A DNA stretch of 64,000 nt from Convolutriloba macropyga (taxonomy: Eukaryota). The stretch spans positions 21,576,001 to 21,640,000 of the forward strand of contig NC_134474.1 in assembly GCF_964194025.1 (NCBI RefSeq). The letters run 5' to 3'. The notes beneath the pieces are model-generated. The model made no database searches. It was not told the origin of the DNA and saw only the letters and a list, made by a program, of their open reading frames with translations. The position numbers and the translations under genes were made by a program. Shown here in pieces: positions 38,701 through 51,236 of this stretch; within the stretch, counting starts at the first letter, position 1; every line of letters begins with the position of its first letter.

Positions 38701-40875
38701 AAATTCTTTGAATTGTACTTCAGGGCTTGTCCTGCTATGTTTTTTGTTTCGTCGTCTGACGCTCTTTTTTCGTTTTACATTTGTTCACACAGCAAAGCTA
38801 AAAAAGTCAAATTTTCTGAATGACTTCTTCCTCTCACTAACGGCATTTGCGCGCGTGACGTCATTTTTCACTCGCTTTAGCAAAAGTTTTTAGGTTATTT
38901 GCGTGATTAGATTTTGATCATACGTGACTTACCTCACTCAATAAAATGACTTTTGCACTTTAAAACTTAAGTTTAAATTGAATTTGTTTAAGGTCAAAGG
39001 AACTCATTTGTGCAGTAAAGGTCTCTAATAAGAGGCTTTTGCGGAATGAATTTTAACAAGCTTTATTAATTTATTGTTGATTGTTTTCCACCTAGTGTTT
39101 TGAGCGGCGTCATTTTTTTCAATTTAGATATTTATCTGTTTCTATCTCTATTATATGGCACGCAGGTCTATTCTTTCGCAGCTATTCCGGCAATCTGCTG
39201 GCTATGTTTGTGATTTTTTGAGTTTTTTGTTTGATCCATCTTAGGTTGAAGTTTTTAAAAATTGATGAAGGCCTTTTGCGAGACAAAATTACTTGTTATG
39301 ACCTTTTTATGGGCTATATGTTTTGGTTCTACAAACACAAACACGCAAAATGATAATAATTTTTGCAATTTTTTTCAGTTTTTTGAAAATTTTTGTTATT
39401 TTTGAATTTTTACAGCTTCAGGGGCCAGAATCTTCTTTAAGGTTTGATAATAGGGCAGTGCATAGTTTCGAGTAACAATGGATCGGTTTTCAACATTTTA
39501 ATGTCTCGAATTTTAGCATTTTTTTGAGAAAATCTGCCATTTAAGGTTTTCTAAGTTTTTGTCAATTTTTGATATTTGTCCAATCTCAAGTGCCGGAAAA
39601 TCTATTCCACGGCCTCATGAAAAGTAACTGCTTGGTTGTTACTTTCAATGGATTTAATTTCAACAATTGAACCTTTCGAATTTTATTAAAAAAATTTTGA
39701 TAAGTTTTGCAATTTTTTTCAAGTTTTTTCAAAACATTTGTCTTTTTCTTGGTTCCTCTTGACTCAGTAGCCAGGTAACCTCATCCAGGATTTGATAGTA
39801 TTTTATTAAATAGTTGCTAGAGGCAGTTGACTGGTCTTGAACTTTTTAATCGAACAAAATTTTAATTTTTTGAAATCTGAAATTTCTATCTGAAAATTAT
39901 TTCCTATCGACCTTTGAGCCAATGAATTTTTTAAGGCTTGGAATTGGGTTGCTGCTAGAGACACAGAAATGATTTTGAAGATATTTAAATTACGATTTTC
40001 AGGAACTTCTCATTAAAATTTACAATTGATTTCAAAAATTTTTTGGTCATTTTCGAGTTAGTCGATCTTCAAGGGCCAATGAATTATTTTCAGGTTTTGC
40101 AGAAATAATACTGGACCGATTTCAGAAAGAAAAATTGGTTATGAACATTTTTTTTGAAATAGGTTTATTTAAAGGGATCAAATTTTGCCTTCGGGTAAAA
40201 GTTTCAAGAGTTTTAGCAATGAGTGTTTTTGTTTATTTTGTTTGATTGTTTGTTTCTCAAATTTGAGAGGATTTTGTTTACGTTTTGGCTCGCATTGCTC
40301 AATTGATCTGCTGGTCAGGTAGATTACTTCCAAGTTTTTCATTCAATTCTTTCAATTGTATTTCAGGACTTGTCCTTCTATGTTTTTGTTTACTTCGTCT
40401 AACAGATTTTCGTTTCTTACCCTGACTTCTTGGAATTGACTTTTTCAATGACTTCAGTAACTTCTACTGCTTTGCAGTTAAGATTTGTGTTCGTGACGTC
40501 ATTTCTGGTTTTAGGTCAATTGCGTGACTTACCTCATTCAAAAAATGACTTCTGAACTTTAAATTTTATGAACATTTAGTAAATAAAGGTCAATAGTGTG
40601 CATCTAAGTAGTGCCAAACTTATATGCCCTAATTCCCGAGTATTAGTCTTGAGTTTTAATATCGAATATTAATTTTGAAAAAGCTCCATTAGAGCTTTCT
40701 CCTTGTAGAGCAAATGTGTCTCATAAAATGACAGTCTGAATCTAACCCAAAAAGTCTAGTGGTCTTTTAAAAAGCTGGTGGTCGATCTGTCAATCTTATT
40801 TCTTTAGTTGTTTCAATTCATGGTAGGCCACAAGCGTCTATCGCGGCTATTTTCCGGCAATCTGTCGGCTACGTT
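35716..40875 (+). mobile_element. Nested stack of HINE/Helentron-like non-autonomous elements filling intron 2
   Basis: Stacked 5'-type ATAGC..GCTAT ends near 35718, 35854 and 35909. Hairpin+CTATGTTT-type 3' ends near 37605, 38227, 38735, 39203, 40378 and 40870. Confidence 0.55.
37037..38275. repeat. Near-perfect tandem duplication, 622-bp unit x2
   Basis: GATTTATATGC occurs at 37037 and 37659. Twin ORFs at 37226 and 37848 are offset by 622. Confidence 0.95.
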
Positions 40876-40916
40876 GCACCATTTTTGATCTCCGAATTTG
40901 TCCTTTTCCTTTTAAG

Positions 40917-41254
40917 ACTGTGTTGAGAGTGCTGAAGAGAAGTTATCCTCCGAAGAGAGCGGAGAGCAAAGTTTGAAAAGCAAAACTAAAACTGACAAAA
41001 AGCGGCGACGAGTGTCCATGAACGACGAAGTCACTGTTTATCCTATCCCAATTATTCCCAAGAAGATTCCGAACCAGTTGCCTCCGAGAGTGAGTAACAG
41101 ATGGAGGAACTTGCAGCCACAATTGACAGCCACAATTGACAATATCGAAGAGTTTGTTGAACTTGTAAATGGTAGTGCTCCGGCTTCAAAGAAGAAAAGA
41201 GTTGCGGCGAAGGGAGTTAATAAGAAGAAAAACGGAGGAAAGAAGGGGCGATAG
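40917..41254 (+). CDS. Exon 3 (terminal) of the SGNH gene, basic NLS-like tail
   Basis: The polypyrimidine acceptor TCCTTTTCCTTTTAAG| in phase 1 gives DCVESAEEKLSSEESGEQSLKSKTK..., in frame with ORF 40973-41254. Confidence 0.82.
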
Positions 41255-41690
41255 ACAGTGAACTATGTGTCATTTGTTTCTATCAGACTTTCATGTTGAA
41301 AAAGATGATAATATATTTTGTGTCCTTGTCTTTTTTTTGCTAAAATGTAAGAAGGCCAGCTTAATATACATAGTAGAGCAAAGAAACGTAGCTTGATTGA
41401 AGACGAAAGATGTTCCGGGGGCAGAAAAAAATTTGATATGTTCCATGAGCTTGCGTGTTAAATATGGCGGAAAAGTTTGGAGGCATAATAGAGAAAACAA
41501 GGAATATACGATTTTAATCGCACTGTCTAAATACTGTAGTTCCGTAAGTTCTGAGCATCTTTTAGCCGTTTTTTGGTAAACTAATGATCTATTTTATTTT
41601 TGAAAATATTGCTCAGCTTAAACTAATCAGCAGTAATGTTGTAGGGTGCAATTTAACTCCCGCCAGTCGTCGCTTGACAGATACTCAATA

Positions 41691-44600
41691 CATAGTTACT
41701 CACTCAGTTTTAATGGAAAAACTTTCATAGGAAAGGAAGCAATTCTTATGGCAATAAAGTTTTGGGTTTTTTGGTGCTCGTTGCTTTTTACTGTTTTGAA
41801 ATTATTCTAGTTTTTCAGTTTACTGAGATATACTGTGTTTTTTACTGGTTTTTAATTTCAGTAAAACAACGTTTCTATTCTAGCAATTATTTGGTGCTGT
41901 TTTTCTTTTTTTTAGTCGATTTTTCGTTGTACCACATGACTTTCCATGAGATTCGGCTTTTTGTGTAATTGCAATTTCTTTCATTCAAATGTCAGGCCAC
42001 GGTTTATTTCTCGGCAATTAACTCTTCAAATAAAAAGTGTAACAAAATTTGTTCCTTCTGAACTTTATTAGTGTTCTATATTAAGCTCTAACCTTTTAAG
42101 CCCCTCAGTGACCTCATGGTGGTCCGCAGCTGGAATAGGGTAGTAGTTGAGCCTCCTTATTTTGCTCTGACCTGAAATAGGTTGTTTTTTATAGCCGCCG
42201 TCAGCCTCTCAAAGGCTATTACTTAGGCGGTCTCCCTTTTTAAAATTAGATTTACTTTTTGTTCACGTGTTTTGTTCAATTTAAGTCACGACCTTCACGT
42301 TTAACTCATGACTTTCGTCACTCAATAGCCGGCGTCAGCCTCTCCACGGCTATTACTTAGGCGCTCTCCCTTTTTAAAATTAAATTTACTCTTCGTTCAC
42401 GTGTTATGTTCAATTTTAGTCACGACCATAGTTACTCACTCAGTTTTAATGGAAGAACTTTCATAGGAAAGGAAGCAATTCTTATGGCAATGAAGTTTTG
42501 GGTTTTTTGGTGCTCGTTGCTTTTTACTGTTTTGAAATTATTCTAGTTTTTCAGTTTACTGAGATATACTGTGTTTTTTACTGGTTTTTAATTTCAGTAA
42601 AACAACGTTTCTAGCAATTATTTGGTGCTGTTTTTCTTTTTTTTAGTCGATTTTTCGTTGTACCACATGACTTTCCATGAGATTCGGCTTTTTGTGTAAT
42701 TGCAATATCTTTCATTCAAATGTCAGGCCACGGTTTATTTCTTGGCAATTAATTCTTCAAATAAAAAGTGTAACAAAATTTGTTCCTTCTGGACTTTATT
42801 AGTGTTCTATATTAAGCTCTAACCTTTTAAGCCCCTCAGTGACCTCATGGTGGTCCGCAGCTGGAATAGGGTAGTAGTTGAGCCTCCTTAATTTGCTCTG
42901 ACCTGAAATGAGTTGTTTTTTATAGCCGCCGTCAGCCTCTCAAAGGCTATTACTTAGGCGGTCTCCCTTTTTAAAATTAGATTTACTTTTTGTTCACGTG
43001 TTTTGTTCAATTTGAGTCACGACCTTCACGTTTGACTCATGACTTTCGTCACTCAATAGCCGGCGTCAGCCTCTCCTCCACAGCTATTACTTAGGCGCTC
43101 TCCCTTTTTAAAATTATAATTACTCTTCGTTCACATGTTATGTTCAATTTTAGTCACGACCATAGTTACTCACTCAGTTTTAATGGAAGAACTTTCATAG
43201 GAAAGGAAGCAATTCTTATGGCAATGAAGTTTTGGGTTTTTTGGTGCTCGTTGCTTTTTACTGTTTTGAAATTATTCTAGTTTTTCAGTTTACTGAGATA
43301 TACTGTGTTTTTTACTGGTTTTTAATTTCAGTAAAACAACGTCTCTAGCAATTATTTGGTGCTGTTTTTCTTTTTTATAGTCGATTTTTCGTTGTACCAC
43401 ATGACTTTCCATGAGATTCGGCATTTTGTGTAATTGCAATATCTTTCATTCAAATGTCAGGCCACGGTTTATTTCTCGGCAATTAACTCTTCAAATAAAA
43501 AGTGTAACAAAATTTGTTCCTTCTGAACTTTATTAGTGTTCTATATTAAGCTCTAACCTTTTAAGCCCCTCAGTGACCTCATGGTGGTCCGCAGCTGGAA
43601 TAGGGTAGTAGTTGAGCCTCCTTAAATTGCTCTGACCTGAAATAGGCTGTTTTTTATAGCCGCCGTCAGCCTCTCAAAAGCTATTACTTAGGCGGTCTCG
43701 CTTTTAAAATTAGATTTACTTTTTGTTCACGTGTTTTGTTCAATTTAAGTCACGACCTTCACGTTTGACTCATGACTTTCGTCACTCAATAGCCGGCGTC
43801 ATCCTCTCCACGGCTATTACTTAGGCGCTCCCCCTTTTTAAAAATAAATTTACTCTTCGTTCACGTGTTATGTTCAATTTTAGTCACGACCATAGTTACT
43901 CACTCAGTTTTAATGGAAAAACTTTCATAGGAAAGGAAGCAATTCTTATGGCAATGAAGTTTTGGGTTTTTGGTGCTCGTTGCTTTTTACTGTTTTAAAA
44001 TTATTCTAGTTTTTCAGTTTTCTGAGATATACTGTGTTTTTTACTGGTTTTAATTTCAGTAAAACAACGTTTCTAGCAATTATTTGGTGCTGTTTTTCTT
44101 TTTTTAGTCGATTTTTCGTTTTACCACATGACTTCCCATGAGACTCGGCTTTTTGTGTAATTGCAATTTCTTTCATTCAAATGTCAGGCCACGGTTTATT
44201 TCTCGGCAATTAACTCTTCAAATAAAAAGTGTAACAAAATTTGTTCCTTCTGGAGTTTATTAGTGTTCTATATTAAGCTCTAACCTTTTAAGCCCCTCAG
44301 TGACCTCATGGTGGTCCGCAGCTGGAATAGGGTAGTAGTTGAGCCTCCTTAATTTGCTCTGACCTGAAATGAGTTGTTTTTTATAGCCGCCGTCAGCCTC
44401 TCAAAGGCTATTACTTAGGCGGTCTCCCTTTTTAAAATTAGATTTACTTTTTGTTCACGTGTTTTGTTCAATTTAAGTCACGACCTTCACGTTTAACTCA
44501 TGACTTTCGTCACTCAATAGCCGGCGTCATCCTCTCCACGGCTATTACTTAGGCGCTCTCCCTTTTTAAAAATAAATTTACTCTTCGTTCACGTGTTATG

Positions 44601-47110
44601 TTCAATTTTAGTCACGACCACAGTTACTCACTCAGTTTTAATGGAAGAACTTTCATAGGAAAGGAAGCAATTCTTATGGCAATGAAGTTTTGGGTTTTTT
44701 GGTGCTCGTTGCTTTTTTACTGTTTTGAAATTATTCTAGTTTTTCAGTTTACTGAGATATACTGTGTTTTTTACTGGTTTTTAATTTCAGTAAAACAACG
44801 TTTCTAGCAATTATTTGGTGCTGTTTTTCTTTTTTATAGTCGATTTTTCGTTGTACCACATGACTTTCCATGAGATTCGGCTTTTTGTGTAATTGCAATT
44901 TCTTTCATTCAAATGTCAGGCCACGGTTTATTTCTCGGCAATTAACTCTTCAAATAAAAAGTGTAACAAAATTTGTTCCTTCTGAACTTTATTAGTGTTC
45001 TATATTAAGCTCTAACCTTTTAAGCCCCTCGGTGACCTCATGGTGTTCCGCAGCTGGAATAGGGTAGTAGTTGAGCCTCCTTAATTTGCTCTGACCTGAA
45101 ATAGGTTGTTTTTTATAGCCGCCGTCAGCCTCTCAAAAGCTATTACTTAGGCGGTCTCCCTTTTTAAAATTAGATTTACTTTTTGTTCACGTGTTTTGTC
45201 CAATTTAAGTCACGAACTTCACGTTTGATTCATGACTTTCGTCACTCAATAGCCGCCGTCAGCCTCTCAACAGCTATTACTTAGGCGCTCTCCCTTTTTA
45301 AAAATAAATTTACTCTTCGTTCACGTGTTATGTTCAATTTTAGTCACGACCACAGTTACTCACTCAGTTTTAATGGAAGAACTTTCATAGGAAAGGAAGC
45401 AATTCTTATGGCAATGAAGTTTTGGGTTTTTGGTGCTCGTTGCTTTTTACTGTTTTAAAATTATTCTAGTTTTTCAGTTTTCTGAGATATACTGTGTTTT
45501 TTACTGGTTTTTAATTTCAGTAGAACAACGTTTCTAGCAATTATTTGGTGCTGTTTTTCTTTTTTATAGTCGATTTTTCGTTGTACCACATGACTTTCCA
45601 TGAGATTCGGCTTTTTGTTTAATTGCAATTTCTTTCATTCAAATGTCAGGCCACGGTTTATTTCTCGGCAATTAGCTCTTCAAATAAAAAGTGTAACAAA
45701 ATTTGTTCCTTCTGAACTTTATTAGTGTTCTATATTAAGCTCTAACCTTTTAAGCCCCTCGGTGACCTCATGGTGTTCCGCAGCTGGAATAGGGTAGTAG
45801 TTGAGCCTCCTTAATTTGCTTTGACCTGAAATAGGTTGTTTTTTATAGCCGCCGTCAGCCTCTCAAAAGCTATTACTTAGGCGGTCTCCCTTTTTAAAAT
45901 TAGATTTACTTTTTGTTCACGTGTTTTGTTCAACTTAAGTCACGACCTTCACGTTTGATTCATGACTTTCGTCACTCAATAGCCGCCGTCAGCCTCTCAA
46001 CAGCTATTGCTTAGGCGCTCTCCATTTTAAAATTAGATTTACTTTTCGTTCACGTGTTTTGTTCAATTCAAGTCACAACCTTCATGTTTGTCTCCTGACC
46101 TGCGTCACTCAATAGCCAGTGTCAGCCTCTCCACGGCTATTACTTAGGCGCTCTCCCTTTTTAAAATTAAATTTACTCTTCGTTCACGTGTTATGTTCAA
46201 TTTTAGTCACGACCATAGTTACTCACTCAGTTTTAATGGAAAAACTTTCATAGGAAAGGAAGCAATTCTTATGGCAATGAAGTTTTGGGTTTTTGGTGCT
46301 CGTTGCTTTTTACTGTTTTAAAATTATTCTAGTTTTTCAGTTTTCTGAGATATACTGTGTTTTTTACTGGTTTTTAATTTCAGTAGAACAACGTTTCTAG
46401 CAATTATTTGGTGCTGTTTTTCTTTTTTATAGTCGATTTTTCGTTGTACCACATGACTTTCCATGAGATTCGGCTTTTTGTTTAATTGCAATTTCTTTCA
46501 TTCAAATGTCAGGCCACGGTTTATTTCTCGGCAATTAGCTCTTCAAATAAAAAGTGTAACAAAATTTGTTCCTTCTGAACTTTATTAGTGTTCTATATTA
46601 AGCTCTAACCTTTTAAGCCCCTCGGTGACCTCATGGTGTTCCGCAGCTGGAATAGGGTAGTAGTTGAGCCTCCTTAATTTGCTCTGACCTGAAATAGGTT
46701 GTTTTTTATAGCCGCCGTCAGCCTCTCAAAAGCTATTACTTAGGCGGTCTCCCTTTTTTAAATTAGATTTACTTTTTGTTCACGTGTTTTGTTCAATTTA
46801 AGTCACGACCTTCACGTTTGATTCATGACTTTCGTCACTCAATAGCCGCCGTCAGCCTCTCAACAGCTATTGCTTAGGCGCTCTCCATTTTAAAATTAGA
46901 TTTACTTTTCGTTCACGTGTTTTGTTCAATTCAAGTCACAACCTTCATGTTTGTCTCCTGACCTGCGTCACTCAATAGCCAGTGTCAGCCTCTCCACGGC
47001 TATTACTTAGGCGCTCTCCCTTTTTAAAATTAAATTAACTCTTCGGTCACGTGTTATGTTCAATTTTAGTCACGACCTTCATGTATGACTCCTGATACAA
47101 GTCACTCAAT
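41691..47110. repeat. Tandem array of seven ~730-bp units (last two ~860 bp) with internal ~134-bp sub-repeats
   Basis: The unit marker CA(T/C)AGTTACTCACTCAG appears near 41691, 42427, 43161, 43891, 44619, 45351 and 46213. The sub-repeat ATAGCCGCCGTCAGCCTCTC..GCTATTACTTAGGCG occurs 2-3 times per unit. Confidence 0.96.
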
Positions 47111-49845
47111 GGTTCAACTGAATTGATTCAAAATTCTTTCACGCAACGAATTAGGCAAGGCAGTGAATACGGTCAAAGAGAAAACTCAAAAGAAACAAAG
47201 AAACGGGATACACCGATAAAGCCCAGTCATTAGGTCATAGTGCATTAGGTTATCAACGTTCATAAGAGATTGCTAGCTGACCTTAGTATTAAGTTGAGTA
47301 GCTTTCCAATTATAAGCCGAATATAGTAAAGTTTTTGAAGCTCACTGAAACAGCACAGCAAATTAGAACACTTTTTGACACTTAAAAACACATTGTGTCA
47401 ATTTTTATTGCTTTATTTCTGTTTCATTCCCGATGATGCCCTTTTCTTAAAATTTGCCAGCCATGTTTGATTAATAGCGGACCAGCGGTAGCGGCTATTA
47501 ATGGGGTTATCGTGTTTTTTTTCGAATTCGTCTTCTGCATCGTTGATTCTTGAATTGTAATTTCTATTGTAATTGACTTTTTCAATGACTTCAGTGAGCT
47601 CTACTGCTTTGCGGTTAAAATGTGTGTAGGTGACGTCATTTCTGCTTTTAGGTCAATTGCTTGACTTACCTCATTCAAAAAAACTAATTTCCGATCTCAC
47701 TTACGGAACTTTAAATTTTTTTTCATGAAATTTTACTAGTGAAATATCAATGTTGTTCATCTAAGTAATGCCAAGCTTATATGCCCTAATTTTTGAGTAT
47801 TAGTCTAGTTTTGATTTCGAATATCGCTTCAAAAAAAATCTCGTTTAGGGCCTTTTCATTTTAGACTGTGTGTGTCATAAAATTGACAGTCCGAATCTAA
47901 CCCAAAAATTCCAGTGCTCGATTAAAGGAATGGCAGTGCTCTATCTTAATTCATTAGTTGTTTCAATTCATGGAATGCCACAAGGGTCTCTCGCAGCTAT
48001 TTTCTGGCAATCTGCCAGCTATGTTTTTCTTGCTGCTCTAAAGCATATTTAATGGCTCTGAAACCAGCGTAATGACCTTGAAACCAGAAAATAAAAACTG
48101 AATTAAAGCCTTCTTTAAAAAATTTAGTTTTTTGCCAATCCCAAAACATAATTACTCACTCAGTTTTAATGGACAAAGGTTTTGATGGGAAAGGAATTTA
48201 TTCTTATTGCAATGACGTTTTGGACTTTTTTGGTGCTCATTGCTTTTGACTTTTTTGAGATTATTTTACTTTTCAGTGTACTGAGATAAACCGCGTTTTT
48301 ACTTGTTTTTAATTTCACTAAAACAACGTGTCTAGCAATTATTTGGTGTTGTTTTTCTTTTTCAGGCAATTATTCGATTTTTCGTCCGACCATATGACTT
48401 TCCCAGTGACTCAGTTTTTTGAATAATTGCAATTTCTTTCATTCAAATCTCAGGCCACGGTTTGTTTCTTGGAATTTAACTCTTCAAATAAATAGTTTAA
48501 CAAAATTTGTATCTTCTGAATCTCATTAGTGTTCTATGTTAAGCTCTAACATTTTAACCCCCTCAGTGATCTCATAGCGGTTTACAGCTAGAATTGGGTA
48601 GTAGTTGAGCCCCCTTAATTTACTCTGACCTGATTGGGTTTTGTTTTTTATAGCCGCCGTCAGCCTCTCAAGGGCTATTACTATGGCGCTCTTTTTTAAA
48701 AAAAAATAGATTTACTTTTTGTTCACGTGTTTTGTTCAATTTTAATCACGACCTTCATGTTTGAATCCTGATATAAGTCACTCAATGGTTCAACTGAATT
48801 GATTTAAAATTCTTGCACGCAACGAATTAGGCAGGGTAGTGAATACGGTCAATGTCAAAAGAGAAAACTCAAAAGAAACTAAGAAACAAGATGAACAATA
48901 AAGCCCGGTCATTAAGTCATATTGCATTAGGTTATCAACGTTCATTAGATATTGCTCTATGACATTAGCATTCAGCTTTGTAGCTTTCCATTTGGAAGCT
49001 GAATCTAAGGTTTTAGAATCTTGCGTAAACAGCCTAGCAAATGAGAACACTCAGAAACAAATTTTGTCAATTTTTATCGTTTTGTTTTCTGTTTCAATCC
49101 CGATGAGGCTCTTTTCTGAAATTTTGCCTGCCCTGTTTGATTATTGGCCGCGACTCGATAGCGGCTGTTAATGGGGGCATTGTTGTTTTTTAATTCGCCG
49201 TCTGCATCGATGATTCTTACGACTTGACTTCTGGAATTGACTTTTTCAATGACTTCAGTGACCTCTACTGCTTTGCAGTTAAAATTTGTGTGCCTGACCT
49301 CATTTCTGATTTCAGGTCAATTGCGTGACTTAACTCACTCAAAAATAGTAATTTCTGAACTCACTTATGGAACTTTAAATTTTCTGAACCTTTACTATGT
49401 AAAGATCAATATTGTGCATCTAAGTAGTGCCAAATTTATATGCCCTAATTCTTGAGTATTAGTCTTGTTTTTGATTTCGAGTATCAATTTTGAAAGAGCT
49501 TTTTTAAGGGTTTTTCCCTCATAGACCGTATGTGTCATAAAATTGACAGTCCGAATTTAACCCAAAAAGTCCAGTGGTCTATTAAAGGACTGGTGGTCGA
49601 TATCTCTATCTTAATTCATTAGTTGTTCGAATTCATGGAAGGCCACAAGTGTCTATCGCGGCAATTTTCCGGCAATCTGCCGGCTATGTTTTTCTTGCTG
49701 CTCCAAAGAATACCTAGTGTTGGTATAATGACTTTAAAAGCAGAGATTAAAATCTGAACAAAAGTCTTAATAGAAGCCTTCTTCAAAAAATTTAATTTTT
49801 GAGCCAAACTCAATATATAATTACTCACTCAGTTTTAATGGAAAA
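47080..49845. repeat. Older diverged ~1.67-kb tandem duplication containing a diverged array monomer and two HINE-like copies (47471-48023, 49141-49688)
   Basis: TCAATGGTTCAACTGAATTGATT appears near 47107 and 48782. ATTACTCACTCAGTTTTAATGG appears near 48151 and 49820. Confidence 0.8.
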
Positions 49846-51236
49846 GGGTCACCAGTGTTTGATCTATTCTTTGAAAACAGTTTAACTGGGATTGATTTTT
49901 TATGTTACCGATTCGTTTGTTTGCAATAGAAATTATGAAAAGAATGATGTTTTGTCATACACATCTCACGGAACGGCAATTACTTGCGAAGCATTTGGTT
50001 TGGAATCGTTTTCGTTGTACTCGTTTTCATTTTTTGAATCGTTTTCTTTGTTATCGAATCGTTTTCGATTTGTTTTTGGTTGTTTTTGTCATGCTCGTCT
50101 CCAGGAATTGCAATTACTTGCCAAACATTTGTTTGGAATTGTTTTGTAATTTGAATGGAGTTTGTTTTGTTAAAGTTATTCTATTTTTAAGTGTTATGTT
50201 CTTGCTGTTTTGTCTCAAAAACTTTGAACGCTAATATTTCGATATACCCATACTGGTGTTAGATTAATTCTCAAAATGATCTATAAAAAGCATATGTAGT
50301 TAAAAAACAGGATCAAGTTTGGAGTTGAAAAATTTTGCTGGAGAGCGAAACTTTACGACTTGCACGGAGGATATAGGCAATCTGTATTTTGTCTACCAAG
50401 TACAAGAACAGTCGAGATCTAATTAAGCGTCATATAGTTAATGAAGTTTTTTGTACTCTCGAAATTTGTAGGAGTTTTGACGTTGCTTCGCAGCCTGTTT
50501 AAGAAACTTTTGGTTGCTCACTCTCAGCGTCTAATAAATTTGAGATACCGAAGTTGAGATACCAAAATAAATCAATTTGAGATACCAAATTTATTTGTTT
50601 TCATTGTACGAAAGCTCATTTATCTTTGACAATTTGTTGGAGCCTTGAGGTGCAAATGAATTTGATGTTTGCATCCATCTACATGTTTTGTGATGTGTAT
50701 AGGTAATTCGAGGGTCTTTATTCATGACCAACTATTTAAGGGGTTTTGTATGTTAAACTCCTTGAGAAAAAAATTCAAGCATACAAGTGCTGCTCCGTCA
50801 CAACTACTTTTTGAATAGTTTTCGCATTGAAACACCGTAAAATTTACCCTTTTTTGTGTAATCAGCTGGAATCACTCTTAGAACCAGGAGTCTGCAAGAT
50901 TTATCGAAAAATTTATATAAATCAGGTATCAAGTTTCAGAGGCCAATCATAAGAAAATCTTTCTTTTTTGTTTCGAAACTTCTGAAAAAACTCTTGCAAT
51001 TCACAGAGCTGTCGGGGTGAGTTACTAATGAACGCGACATTTTCATTTTAGGGAAAGCTCATTTATCTTTGACATTTTATTGGAGCAAATGTAATCGGAA
51101 ATGTAGATTGTGCCTCTCAAAGGTGGAGTCCGGACAAGAGGTTTGAAAGTTTAATCTTCAATTTTTGTACAGAAGTTAGCTGTGACAGCCAGAATTAGTT
51201 TTTGTTGTATCTATTCCCTCTTTATAGATAGTAAAA

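Noticed and set aside
41691-47110. CRISPR-like appearance of regularly spaced palindromic sub-repeats
   Set aside because: The intervening sequences are themselves repeated rather than unique spacers. The context is eukaryotic with no cas genes.
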